A stretch of 64,000 nt of DNA from the NCBI RefSeq assembly GCF_006345805.1, contig NC_043010.1, positions 36,394,001 to 36,458,000 of the forward strand, in the 5' to 3' direction. Under the pieces are notes generated by a model. It ran no database searches and was not told the origin of the DNA. It saw only the letters and a program-made list of their open reading frames with translations. This DNA comes from Octopus sinensis (Eukaryota). A program made the translations under genes and the position numbers. Numbering within the stretch: position 1 is the first letter of the stretch; every line of letters begins with the position of its first letter. This document shows, piece after piece, positions 34,796 to 47,892 of this stretch.

Positions 34796-35989
34796 GATGG
34801 ACTTCGTGGCATTGGACAGAAACAGATCGATGGTTCTGACCTAGATTTTCTAACTCTCTCCTTCATCTCTTCCTCTTTTTTCTCCTCTCTCTCTCTCTTT
34901 CTCGCCACTTCTCCCCCCACCTCCCACCAGCCTCTCTTCCTCTCGAAACGCATCTTAGTAACCAGAACATTAAGAAGACAGTGTTGTTGTTGTTGTTGTT
35001 GTTGTTGTTATTGTTGCTGTTGTTTAACCCCCAGCTCGGCTCTGACCTCTCAAACCCGTGAACGAAAAGGCATTCCATCTGTGACCATTCCGTCATCATT
35101 TGTTGTTTGTTTGTTTGTTTTTCAGCCAGTCTTACTCAAGATCACATTATCCAATGTGAACTTTTCTCTCTCCCTCTTTCCCTCTCTCCACCTCCCTTTA
35201 ACACCTTCTCTCAATCTCTTGCTCCTCTCTCTGCCTCTCTCTGTTTCTTCTCTTCTCTTCTCTCTTTCCTCCTCACCTCTACTCTTCCCCGCTCCCCTCA
35301 CTCTCTCACCCGCTCCCCCTAATTTCTCTCTTCCATCCATCTTCCTGTCCCCCAATCTCTCCCCTCCTCTACCACTCTCCCCTCCCCTCCCCTCTCCTCT
35401 CCATTCCTTCTCCACTCCTCTCTCCCTCCCCTCTTATACCCCCTTATCCCCCTTTCCCCTTACTCCTCCCCTTCCTTCTCCTCTCCCTTCTCTTCTTTCT
35501 CTTCTCCCCTCCCCTCCCTTCCCTCTCCTCTCCTTTCCCCCCTTCCCCTCTCCCCTCCCTCTCCCCTCCAACTCCCCTCCCCTCCCTCTCTCTACAGGTG
35601 GAAAAATGGGATCTGAAATAAATTTGGTTGTGATTTCTAGCAGATCCAGTACCCCAGGTTGAGTCATCCTCGTGAGACTAGTTGTTATGGTTGTTGTACA
35701 ACATCCAGGTATAGTCTTCCGTGTTGTTGTTATCGTTGCTGTTGTCTAACCTCAAATCATCCAGAATGTCGACCGAACGACAAGACACAGATCCTTTTCA
35801 CTACCTATACCCCATTATACCCCATTATACTCCCTTTATACCCCAACATCTGTTCCATCTTTAAATTACATTACATATCCGACATGCATGGATGTTCGTT
35901 TGTTTTGCCTGCTTGTTTTTCTTTTTATTTCCTGAATCTTGAGGGAGAGACAGAGCCCACGACCTTTGCTGAGCGTCCCAGAAACCGGT

Positions 35990-36700
35990 GAGATGATACC
36001 GTTAATGTCCCGTTTTAGACTGTTACATATCAACACTATCTGCAGGAAAGACTTGAGCAGGGAGGAGATTCCAGAGGGACGCATGTACAGGGGACTAAGG
36101 ATTGGTAATAATGGTAAGTACACAGGGAAAGTTCGCTGGATGTATCAAGAATACCGAGAGGTGGAGAGACGAGTGGGGAAGAGGGCGGGGGTTTGAGTGG
36201 TGGAAGTACGAATCTAGTCAACTCCAAGAGCAGAGACCGTCATAGCAGCGATGGAAGAGAGAGTGAGGAGACAATACGTCTGTGGGCCAGAGGCTGGAGT
36301 GTGTCCGTTTCGTGACTGGATGTCAATCAGTCGAGTGGCCCCCCGAGCCATGAAGAGACGGATAGAAAAAAAAAAAACAGAGTGAAGACAGTACTCCAGA
36401 GGCTGGAGTGTTTCCAGTTGTGATGAAGTGCTATAATCAGCCGAGCCTTCAGAGAAAAGACAGAGTGAGGAGGCAGCATGTCCGTGGATCAGAACCTGGA
36501 GTATGTCCGGTAGTGATGGATACCAAATCAGCCGTGTGGACTTCGCCTAGATACGAATAAAGATGCCAGCGTGCGTAGCAGCACGGTCCCAGATGTGGAA
36601 GCACTATTTCATTGGAGATATCGCAGGGAAAACTCACTTGAGCCTTGTAGAATGTCCGCAGCTGTTGGAGGATGAAAAATCGTCTGGTTCTATGGGATGC
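35990..36700 (-). mobile_element. CR1/L2-type LINE 3' fragment with internal triplication
   Basis: QLRTFYKAQV..MK*CFHIWD...RI*AKSTRLI..PSL.DILQ (cf. YKAQIRP.MEYC.HIW..IQ.KA.RLI) and ASLWNLLPAQVFP at the 3' end. Confidence 0.75.
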
Positions 36701-36799
36701 AGGATGACAGCTTGAACTCTACAGTCCATCTCCATACATCTCTAGATTCTGGTGGCGGCTACTACGGAGGTAACTGGAACTCCGTCGGTTACGACGGTG

Positions 36800-37080
36800 A
36801 CGAAGGTTCCAGGTGATCTGAACAACGGAACAGCCTGCTCATGAGATTAACACGGAAGTAGCTGAGAACTCCACAAGCACACGTAACCTTAACGTAATTC
36901 TCAGGGACACAGAATGTGACACAGAATCACAGGTATAACTCATCATTTTGTCAGCAGAGCTAACTGGAGCAACGTGAAATAGTGTCTAGCTCATGGATAC
37001 AACACGCTACCGGGTATCGAACTCACGACATTATTACGACCGTGAGCCGAAAACGCTAACCACTAAATCCACGCACCTTC
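36800..37080 (-). mobile_element. SINE family D
   Basis: ctggagcaacgtgaaatagtgtctagctcatggatacaac is the reverse complement of the family D core. tRNA-like head near 37075. Confidence 0.65.
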
Positions 37081-37770
37081 ATTATTATGGAGGTAGGCAA
37101 GATGGACTCAGTTACTGCCCGAAATTTGCTGATCTACACTTATTGGCCGCGGTGCGCATCCTGGCTCAGTGTTTTTGAATCACAGATGCTGTTTAAGAGT
37201 ACAAATATTTCTACATACAGGGTAGCCCAAAAGCAGGTTTACAGTTATTCAACTATCTCTTTCGCATTCATATATTAACAGTTTAGATGTTAAGTATAAA
37301 AAAAATATGAAACCCTTATTCTAATGCTAATTTAGTTAGTTTTGTCAAGCTCCCTTTTCAGTTTGTAAGATAGAAATTTGAATGTAATAAAATGTTTTAA
37401 AAGAAGTTTAAAGTGCCCACGTGATAGCTGTAAACCTACTTTTGGGCCGCCCCTGTATATATCATATAGCCACTACCACCAATAACCACAACCACCACCA
37501 CCACCACCACCAGACCACCACCACCACCACCACCAGAACTCTTAATCACCTTGATCGCCACCTCTGCCACGACCATCACTTTCAAAATAAATTTAATCAC
37601 CGCCACCACTGATTTCACTATTTCCATCACCAGCAGCCCACCAGCCCCCCCGCCTACCTACTACTACTACTACTACTACTATACAAAAATATTGATTTAT
37701 GACTATTCATCGATTAGAATTTACAACGGTATGTGATCAGTAATGTATGTTGTGTGTGTGAGCAGTGTGT

Positions 37771-37870
37771 NNNNNNNNNNNNNNNNNNNNNNNNNNNNNN
37801 NNNNNNNNNNNNNNNNNNNNNNNNNNNNNNNNNNNNNNNNNNNNNNNNNNNNNNNNNNNNNNNNNNNNNN
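37771..37870. other. Assembly gap (100 N)
   Basis: Run of exactly 100 n. Confidence 1.
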
Positions 37871-37955
37871 TAATGAAATAGTGATGAGTAAATCTCCTGC
37901 CTCCTGACCTTCATCAATTTCATATGTATATATATACATATATATATATATATAT

Positions 37956-38123
37956 AAAGGAAATGAAGAAAATGCTGACAAAATAATTTAAGTAAGGGAG
38001 AGTGTATTTAATTAGGTGAAAGTACTTTTTACCGGTTGCGCATTTTTTAAAAAGAACTTTCACCTAATTAAATACACTCTCCCTTACTTTAATTATTTTG
38101 TCAGCATTTTCTTCATTTCCTTT
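37956..38123. repeat. Near-perfect hairpin, ~68 bp arms
   Basis: aaggaaatgaagaaaatgctgacaaaataatt.aagtaagggagagtgtatttaattaggtgaaagt mirrored at 38056-38123. Confidence 0.95.
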
Positions 38124-38583
38124 TTTTATATATCACAACTCGTGTTCCACATCTTTTTTAAATATATATATATTTATGAGAGGTAATGGTGTCAGTGAGA
38201 CCCAAAGTTGTCAGGTAATGCTGATAGACCGTAGTTGGGTTCCAGGTTCGGTGATTATGCGAATAAGAGGTTCAACGCTGGTCATATGTCAGCGTGTGTA
38301 TATAAAAAATTTTTTTCGTAATGAGATAAAAAACCAAGGCTGTGTAGATTTTAGAATATTTATAGATAGAAGGTCTTACAGCTGCTTCCAGGATATTTAT
38401 TATAAACTCTTCATCGGAAACGGTGTGAGAGGATGGTTAAGAAATAGTTAATTTATATAAGATGAGGTGGAATAAATACAAGAAAATAGATGTGAGATAT
38501 GTGGGGGTATTGCATTTCTAGATCCATTTATATATATATATATATATCTGTGTGTATGTGTAGATATGTGTATGTATATATAT

Positions 38584-38632
<49 letters not shown>

Positions 38633-38637
<5 letters not shown>

Positions 38638-39288
38638 TAATAAATAAAATATATGCATACATACATACATATATGTACGTACCTACATCTACATGTATAT
38701 ATACATGCATATATAAATATATATACGTGAGTACAGGACACCACAAATAGACGTAGAGCTCAACGAGAAACGAAAACGGAAAAACATGCATGGAACAAAC
38801 CATTTTTTTACAACAGAAAAACAGAGTACAAGACAAACTACACAAGGAAAAATTCCCTTCATCAGCTGTCCCTAGTTCAACTCCAGCGTGTTTCGAAGGT
38901 AGGACAGAACACGACTCGTCAAACTAGCCCTTCCTGCGAGAGAATTAAATAAAATTACTTCGCAGAGGGGTAAAAACAAAGAAAGAAAAAAATGTAACAC
39001 AAACAGGACGTAAACACGATACAAATAAAAATACAAAATAAAATACAAGATAAAAATACATGTACAAAAAAATAGAATACGAGAAATAATAAATAAACAA
39101 GAAAACAAACGAAAAAGGCCTTTTTCTGGCTTAGACGAAGATTCTGGCGAGCGCAAGGGAAAAAAGTGTGTTTACGGTTTGGAGGCCGCATGTAAAAAGG
39201 AAGTAGTTGGCTGGCAGTGAGAAAGATGAGGAGGAGTGAGAGAGAGAGAGAGATAGAGGAAGAGAAGCGGCTGAGAGAGAGATGAGGA

Positions 39289-39324
<36 letters not shown>

Positions 39325-39640
39325 GGAAAGAAGGGAAGGTAAAGCAAAGAGATATGGAGTTTCGCGTCATAATTATATATAAAACAGTACTTGGAGAAGA
39401 AGAACGGAACGAAACGAACGAATCGAATCGAATCGACGCGAGGGCGCTCAGTCATACAATAGTGTAATAAATAAAATATATGCATACATACATACATATA
39501 TGTACGTACCTATATCTACATGTATATATACATGCATATATAAATATATATACGTTAGTACAGGACACCACAAATAGACGTAGAACTCAACGAGAAACGA
39601 AAACGGAAAAACAACCATGTAACAAACCATTTTTTACAAC
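38633..39640 (-). mobile_element. Penelope-like non-autonomous element with ~180 bp direct repeats (period ~827 bp)
   Basis: 38633-38815 recurs at 39460-39640. The same family occurs on the plus strand at ~26995-27215. CTGATGA, GAAA and TTGACGA motifs at 38859-38922 (minus). Confidence 0.55.
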
Positions 39641-39649
39641 ATATATATA

Positions 39650-40274
39650 TATATTATATAAAATTCGTTCTGCCTGTGTGTGTCTTCTAGAATTTCGGGC
39701 TTCCTCCATCCGATTGCGCTCAAATTTGATATGTAAATACCAACGGTATCAGGGCATGTATAAGTCTTGAAAAAATTACAAAAATCGATTCCAGGTTAGA
39801 ATACGATCGATAAAGCCGTGGGAACTTGCATTTGTATGCGCAAGTATATCAGTCGAAATCTGTCTTTTGCTGGTGTTTCAAATTTAGGTTAAATCAGTGT
39901 TTCTCAAACTTATGGGACTGTCGGACAAGTTTAAATGTTTGACAACTCAGCACCGTCCATTGGATGGAAGGGGGCGTTTTGCTCGTATATATATATACAT
40001 TTTGCGTGTGCGTTTCTCTGGGTATGTATAAATAATTTCATTTATTTCGCTCAGTATGTTTTGCTGATGAAAGAAAGGTTATCAAACTAATTCAGAGATT
40101 GATCAATACAAAACTATCTGAAATATTTTAAGAATTTTTTATTTGTCTGCTTTCCCGCTTTCAAACTTGTATATGTGTGGAGTGAATATCTGCAGTATTT
40201 GGTAGACGTATTTGCGCTCTATTTTTAGCGTATAAGCATGGTAGCTTCTGTGCCCTTTAGTATAATTGTACCTG

Positions 40275-40344
<70 letters not shown>

Positions 40345-40681
40345 CTAGCAGTAGATCCCGGCGTTTCCCGTGATCAAATCTATCCATATCGTCTTTAGTG
40401 CGGAAAGTACCCACACATATATACACACATACGTACATAATAAATACATACATACATATATACATACATAAACACATGTATATCATGAATTTTCTCAGAT
40501 GCAGCACGAAGTTTTGTCAATGACTTCTATTACGTTCAAGTCTTTCCTCCTCCTCCTCCTCCTCCTCCTCCTCATCATCATCATCATCATCATCATCATC
40601 TTCATCATCATCAACACTGTAATATATATATATACAAACTATACAATCTCAAATCCCTGGGACGCCGAGTATATCTGCTAG
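39650..40681 (+). mobile_element. Non-autonomous Helitron-like element
   Basis: Start tatataaaattcg..tgtgtgtgtc..ccgattgcgctcaaatttg (DINE/Helitron-N-like). End is a GC-rich hairpin remnant ccctgggacgccgag + tatatctg + CTAG (40678-81). Confidence 0.45.
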
Positions 40682-40723
40682 TGCATATATACACAACTAC
40701 TACTACTACTACTACTGCTACTG

Positions 40724-40780
<57 letters not shown>

Positions 40781-41187
40781 ATAATAATAATAATAATAAT
40801 AATAATATTAGGGAGTATAACTCGAAACTTACAGGGAAAAATTTAGTATTAAATCAAATTTCACAATATAAATATATAAAATATAAGTTAAATAAATATT
40901 GTTTAACTCTATTTCCTTATTTATTTAACTATTATCGTTAATCTGAAGATTGACTATACTTTTATATCGAATTTATTTCAATTGAAGTTAAATTTAATTG
41001 TAATTCGAATTTAGCTGTAGCCATGAAACATACATAGATTTTTTTACTTATTATATATTGATAACTCGTTTTTATACTTTTTGAGATCGAGTTATATGTT
41101 TTATAGAAATATATTTTATTTGTTATTTATGTTTTGGTTTATGTCTATCACTGTTTGAGTTGCATAATAGTGCTTTTATCTCTAATT

Positions 41188-41221
<34 letters not shown>

Positions 41222-41640
41222 CATACATATATATAGATATGTGTGTGTGTGTAATGTATGTATGTATATGTATGTATATACATGCATACTTATAGTTATA
41301 TATAATATATATATGTATATATATACACATACATGTATATATATATCTATATGTATATATATTATACATATATATATATATACATATATATAATATATAT
41401 ACATATACATATATATATACATATCATATACATATACATATAATATATATACATATATATATGTATACATATATATATATGCATATATATATATACATAT
41501 ATATGAATATATATGAATATATATACATACACATACATGTATATATAATATATATATATAATATATATTATATATATATATTAATATATATATATGCATA
41601 TACATATAAATGCATATAAATACACACAGTGACTGCGGGT

Positions 41641-41888
41641 GCATTGTAGCTCCTATATTGCTAGAAATAACAGTGGAAGACCCCTAGAGCCACAAATATA
41701 TCACCCGTCTATGTACTGATAGGGGAGTTAACTGCCTCGTAGCCAGCGTGGTTACTAAATTGTCATGTCAATTCCGCTTGAAATTAAAGCTCATCGGTAA
41801 TACTTCTTCATCGCTAAGAGTGACGTACTATGCTTGTGGCTACAAGGGTCGTTGACTCTTATTTCTAGCAATGTATGTGTTACAATGC
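41641..41888. mobile_element. MITE-like element with ~55 bp imperfect TIRs
   Basis: gcattgtagc...ttgctagaaataacag...gacccctagagccacaa mirrored by ttgtggctacaagggtc...ttatttctagcaa...ttacaatgc. Confidence 0.6.
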
Positions 41889-41993
41889 TTCCTGAGTCAT
41901 TATTAGTGACAAATGAAGTTTCCATTATGGTATTGTACTGCGTCTAGCCACCTTTATCATTTTATAAATATATATATATACATACCTACATAC

Positions 41994-42032
<39 letters not shown>

Positions 42033-42126
42033 CACACACACATTCACACACCTACACGCTCCCACACACATTGAGAAGATGTGACATTAACAGTGACCAA
42101 TACAAAGGAGAGGGAGAGAGAGAGAA

Positions 42127-42209
<83 letters not shown>

Positions 42210-42639
42210 AACAGTTATACAATGACGTACACTACACAGATAGAAAACAGTATTAAGGGAAAATACAACTACAATGCAACAATAACAAATAATATAATGC
42301 AACAAAACTGCGTAAAAAATAATAAAGAAAACTGAAATCCCAAACCGGTCTGTGAAAATATGGTTGAGATAAAGAAGATTAAGAGAGATAGAAAGAAGGA
42401 GAGAGATAGAAAGAGAGAAAGAGAGAGAGAAGATGTGTATGTGTGAGTGTAAGGGAGAGAGAGTGGGTGAGAGAGAGAGAGAGAGATAGAAAGTGTAATA
42501 TGTATGACTATTGAATAGATCACAACGATTTCACTTAAAGATGTCATGTGACAGTATTGTCGTGGTGTATGATGTGCTTTGTAATGTGCTGATCTGATGT
42601 GTGATGTCGTAGGTGTTGTGGAAATATGCTATGTGAAGT

Positions 42640-43460
42640 AGCGTGGCGAGGTGCTGTACCATGACGACGTATGGTGGTACTGTTTGGTGGTATGGTGGAG
42701 TGTTGTAGTATGGTTGGGTATGTGTGGCGGAATGCTATAGTATGATGAGGTATGGTGGTACTGCCTGGTATGGCGTAGTGCAGTAGTGTGGTGAAGTATG
42801 ACGGTACTCTCTGTTATGGCGGAGTGCTGTAGTGTGGTGAAGTATGGTGGTACTCTCTGGTATGGTAGAGTGTAGTAATATGGTTGGGTGTGTGTGGGGG
42901 AATGCTATAGTTTGATGAGGTATGGTGGTACTGTCTAGTATGGCGGTGTGCTGTAGTGTGGTGTAGTATGGTGGTACTCTCTGTTATGGCGGAGTGCTGT
43001 AGTGTGGTGAAGTATGGTGGTACTCTGTTATGGCGGAGTGCTGTAGTGTGGTGAAGTATGGTTGTACTCTCTCTCATTGCGGAGTGTTGTAGTGTGGTGA
43101 AGTATGATGGTACTCTCTGTTATGGCGGAGTGCTGTAGTATGGTGAAGTATAGTGGTACTCTCTGGTATGGTGGAGTGTAGTAATATGGTTGTATATGTG
43201 TGGCGGAGGGCTATAGTTTGATAAGCAGTAGTATGATGAGGAATGTATGGCGGAGTGCTATAGTATGACGACGTATGGTGATACTGTCTAGTATGTAGTA
43301 TGACTGGGTATGTGAGGCGGAGTGTTGTAGTATGATGAGGTATGGTGGAACTGTCTGGTATGGTGGAGTGTTGTAGTATGATGAGATATGGTGGTATTGC
43401 CTAGTGTGGCGGTGTGTAGTGTGGTGACGTAATATAGTATGGTTGTATTATGAATATGTG
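42640..43460. repeat. ~45 bp GT-rich minisatellite
   Basis: Unit gtggtgaagtatggtggtactctctgttatggcggagtgctgtagt repeated, with degenerate flanks. Confidence 0.85.
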
Positions 43461-44727
43461 GCGGTATGGTCACGTGCGATATAATGTGAAGTAGTGTTGG
43501 TGGTAGTGGGGCGACAACAGTTTGATAGTGGGAAAGTGTTGTATTGTGATATAGTTTCGGTGGCGTAGTGTAGTCTGTTGGTGTGTTGGTATGGTAGTCA
43601 GGTAAGGAATGGTGGTGTGGTATGGTGCGCTCCTGGGTATGACACGGGTATGACATGAGTATGACAGACTGCATCTCGTGATGAGGCTCCAGTTTGGGAG
43701 TTCTTGAATTGTGGAGCTGCTTGGAGTCAACCCTTGGTTACCATTACTGCCAGGTCCCTTCTGATCCTGCAAATGCTGACTATCTTACCAAATCCTGTTG
43801 CATTTATTTTCACATGGAAGTTTTTGGTCCGCCAAACTCATCATGGAGTATAAATCGACCCACCATATTTTTCAAATAAAAACTTTGGTCTGAAAAATTT
43901 GACGTCTTTGCCAGAAAAAACGGTTATATAAAATATAAAATCCTGGTGTGTATAACAATATATATAGAAATGTGGAATGGCACTCGCTCTATTATTTTGT
44001 CTGAGAGAAAGTATATTAGTGCTAGTTCTCTCCTACGCTTGCATATACATTATAAATGTTATACACACAAGTATTTTCAGCTCAGGTGCATATATTAATA
44101 TTACATTATATGATATAATATAATATAATATAATATAATATAATATAATATAATATAATATAATATAATATAATATCTTTATAATATATTTTATAATTTC
44201 TGTTATTCATCCTCTTCTTGACATTATTGCGCTTCATTTTCCTATTTTTTAAATGCAATATATCATTTTACTATATTAAAAACATGCCTGCTCTTGCATA
44301 TGTTCATATCAACTACATTACAGAGCGGAACTTCTAATCCTCTGCTATAAATCTAATTCTCGGCGTATGTGGCATTGACAGAATGGCTTTTAAAAAGCTA
44401 CTTGATCTCCAATTTAAATGTAATACATTATCATGCCATCAAGCCCATTCATAATAACTTAATGTGACGGTTTCTGAACTACCTGATTCATGAATAAATT
44501 TACCATGCAAATCTGCGATTGAACCTAAGGACACACACCTCACTGTTGCTTATTTATTAAATTAATTCCAAATTATACAACATTAAGTCAAAAGCATATC
44601 AAAATCTCATTCTTTAACGTATGTGTACGTCCTAAGAATATACAAATGCCATGTTAAATACAAATATAATCCTTTCCGCTGTTGGCTCAGAGCCGGAAAT
44701 TTTTTTGTTGGCGTGGATATTAATCGA

Positions 44728-45258
44728 ACACAATAATGCCTCGATATGCGAATTAATTTGTTCCCGGAGACACCTCATAATGGGAAAACTTGTAAAGCAA
44801 AGCAATAATTTCCCATAGTAGCAATGTTATGAATCGTAATTCGGTCCCCCACAAAATATTTTCCTGTAAAATTTATAATACTTGTAAATAAATGGCAATA
44901 AAACAACAGTAGAAGAGTAATTTATGCAAAGTAAAAAGAATGTCAAGATCATTTATAATAGAAAAAATATTATAATCGTTTTCTGAATCACTTTCACTAC
45001 TACTAAACTTGCACACACCATCACTTGTAGATGCGATCGCCGATTCACAAGCACTCGTAGACGAACTGGTAGATTTCTTTTTAGAAAACAAGTCTAGAGT
45101 TGCTTGCTTAGAAGAAGCTTTTTTCCAGTCTCTTTAAATTTCTCGGTAACACGGGGAAGCATTTGTTATGGAAGTAGAAACTTTTCCACTTCGACCAAAA
45201 TTTGGATCTTGTGCTTGAAAAATAAAACTCGTAAGCCCTGGGTCTCGTAAAGCGGGTC
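44728..45258 (-). mobile_element. Tigger/pogo transposase C-terminal remnant and terminal repeat
   Basis: Minus strand QAQDPNFGRSGKV..ITNASPCYREI*..KK..KQATLDLFSKK (cf. DPN.ERS.KV....NA..CYREIY.EKK...Q.SLD.FF). TIR-like caataatgcctcgatatgcgaattaatttgttcc at ~44729. Confidence 0.65.
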
Positions 45259-45295
<37 letters not shown>

Positions 45296-45423
45296 GGCTG
45301 AGTGGTAAGTAGCTTGTTTACCAACCACATAGTTCCGGGTTCAGTCCCACTGCATGGCACCTAGGGCCGACCAATGCATTGTGAGTGGATTTGCTAGACG
45401 GAAACTGAAAGAATCCCGTCGTA

Positions 45424-45466
<43 letters not shown>

Positions 45467-46439
45467 GCGCAATAATATAATCATTATGGGTAAGTGTGCC
45501 AGCTGCAGCAAAAGACCTGGTACGTATGTGAAAATGCTGAGCGGTATTCCGTCCGCCATTACGTTCAAATTTCGCCGAGGTCAACCATTCATTCTATGGG
45601 TTCGATAAAATAAGTACCAGTTGAGCAGGGGTTTTGATGTAATCCATTACCATCACCATCAAAATTGCTGGCCTTGCACCAAAATTTGAAACCAGTTTAC
45701 TTACTCAGTTGTTTAATAATCGACGTTCAACCAGTAACATTGTAGGTTTTGAATTTAAATCATACGTATTTATTTGTTTAATCATTTATATAACCAGTGT
45801 AGACGTCTGTGTAAAGCTGGTAAACCATGAAAGACTGAGAAATTATATAATGGCCTTTATATAAATGATGAAACCAAAGCAAGCAAAAAAAAAAAACAAA
45901 AATGAATGCTAAAAAGACAAAGAAGAACAAGGGAGACTGAAGGAGGTATAAAGAACAGTTAAACGATTTTGTTGTTGAATTTTTTTGTAGCCCTCCTTGA
46001 ATAGGAAATTCTTATAAAATTCACTATCAACAGACTACATTCAGCCATATTGAAGCAAGACAACAATGCATCTGTTTCAAGTTCATTCATTTTGTAATCG
46101 AACGAAATTAGTCAAATGATGAACAAAAGAAACGTCACTATGCTAAGTTTTTTTAATTTTGATAGACCACGAACTGTTCATCAGAATACAATTCCAAACT
46201 TCCTGCAGTTGACAATTCTCTAGTTTTCTGCGAATTCTAGAAGCATGTTCCAATTACGTTCACATATTAGTATATATAAACGATTTATTGATTTTCAATT
46301 TATATATTTCAGTATCACAATAAATAAATACGTACGTATGTATGTACTTATGTATGCATGCATGAATGTATCTATCTATTTATCTATCTATATATCTATC
46401 TATCTATCAATCCGTCAATCTATCTATCTACATACCTAC

Positions 46440-46702
46440 CTTTCCGTAGGCTTTTCTTCCCACGGATAAACCTTATCTGCTTCCCCCTTTACACCTTACA
46501 TCAGGTCACTGTGATACACAATCCTTATTGATCGTTTTTTTCTTCTTTTTCCTTTTATTCTTTCTTCTTTCCCTTTTACGATCCCTTTTGATCGAAAACC
46601 TACCCCACCTTTTAATTTTTTTTTTCTCTACCCCAAAAAGAAAAGCTCTACTTTATAATCTGTCCCGTTTGTGTGCAGCTCTGTGTGGCTAATAAAGAAA
46701 CA
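46440..46702 (+). mobile_element. 5'-truncated copy (3' UTR only) of the Tx1 family, flanked by (TATC)n
   Basis: Aligns by eye to 60826-61137 and ends tgtgtggctAATAAAgaaaca + tatct. Upstream flank is (TATC)n at ~46368-46430. Confidence 0.9.
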
Positions 46703-46749
46703 TATCTACCTATATGTCTGTCTGTCTCACTCTCTCTCTCTCTCTCTGT

Positions 46750-46796
<47 letters not shown>

Positions 46797-46869
46797 ATAT
46801 ATATACGTATATATACGTATATCTCTCAGTCTATCGATGTAGGTATCTCTCTCTCTCTATATATATATA

Positions 46870-47140
46870 TATCACCGTGACCGACCAGACCATCAGATGT
46901 TATTACACATCGCTGGTCACAATGCGCTTCGCATTGTTTTAGCCTTCAAATGACGCCACCCCGCTGGCTAAGCGAGCAGGCCAACAGAAGAAAGAGTGAG
47001 AGAAAGTTGTGGCGAAAGAGTACAGCAGGGATCGCCACCAACCCCTGCCGGAGCCTCGTGGAGCTTTAGGTGTTTTCGCTCAATAAACACTCACAACGCC
47101 CGATCTGGGAATCGAAACCACTAGGCCATTGCGCCTCCAC
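46870..47140 (-). mobile_element. SINE family C
   Basis: Family C body and head on the minus strand. Confidence 0.8.
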
Positions 47141-47175
<35 letters not shown>

Positions 47176-47511
47176 AAAACACATACACACGCATGCGCAA
47201 ACACACACGCAAGACACACACACAAACACACACACACATGCACACGCACATACATCTACGTGTATTTTATGGAGTTCATGTGTGTTCGAGTTCTTTAAGA
47301 ATGTCTGGGAACTACATTTTTACAATCTAACTTAGGTTAAAGATCTTTCAATTCGTAAAAGTACATTGAAAGCGGACCAAACGTAATTGAACCAAGCATA
47401 GCGAAGCAACACCGTACAAACATATATGCATGTAAGCATATACAGTATGTGTATGTTTTATTCGCGGGTGGGGGGCATGTGTGTGTGTGCATGTGTGCGT
47501 GCGTGCATACT

Positions 47512-47553
<42 letters not shown>

Positions 47554-47714
47554 AGCATGCATACAAACACACACATATATACGAGCATATATATATATAT
47601 ATATGATATATATATATATGTATATATATGTATGTATATATATATATATTGAGAGATAGAGAGTGTGTGTGTTCTGAGAGAGATTGTATATATACATATG
47701 CACATATCTTTATA

Positions 47715-47761
<47 letters not shown>

Positions 47762-47858
47762 CCACATGCTAACATTGATTTGTATTTATGTATGTATATA
47801 TATATGCATATCTTTGTGTGCTTGTATGTATGCTTGTAGGCATGTAAGCTCGTAACAT

Positions 47859-47892
<34 letters not shown>

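Noticed and set aside
35598-35657. Apparent 60 bp exon (tctacAG...CCCAG|GTTGAGT, GKMGSEINLVVISSRSSTP)
   Set aside because: Its reverse complement resembles the ctgctagaaa..ca.c.aaat repeat also seen at ~10830 and ~16910, and the donor is weak. More likely a repeat remnant, though not excluded.
34706-35662. 318 aa ORF (poly-CV, poly-C, Pro/Leu/Ser-rich)
   Set aside because: Built from (TG)n, (TGT)n and a polypyrimidine tract; no domain.
42640-43460. CRISPR-like repeat array (also considered for the 22.3-24.2 kb subrepeats)
   Set aside because: Units are contiguous tandem repeats without unique spacers; eukaryotic context and no cas genes.
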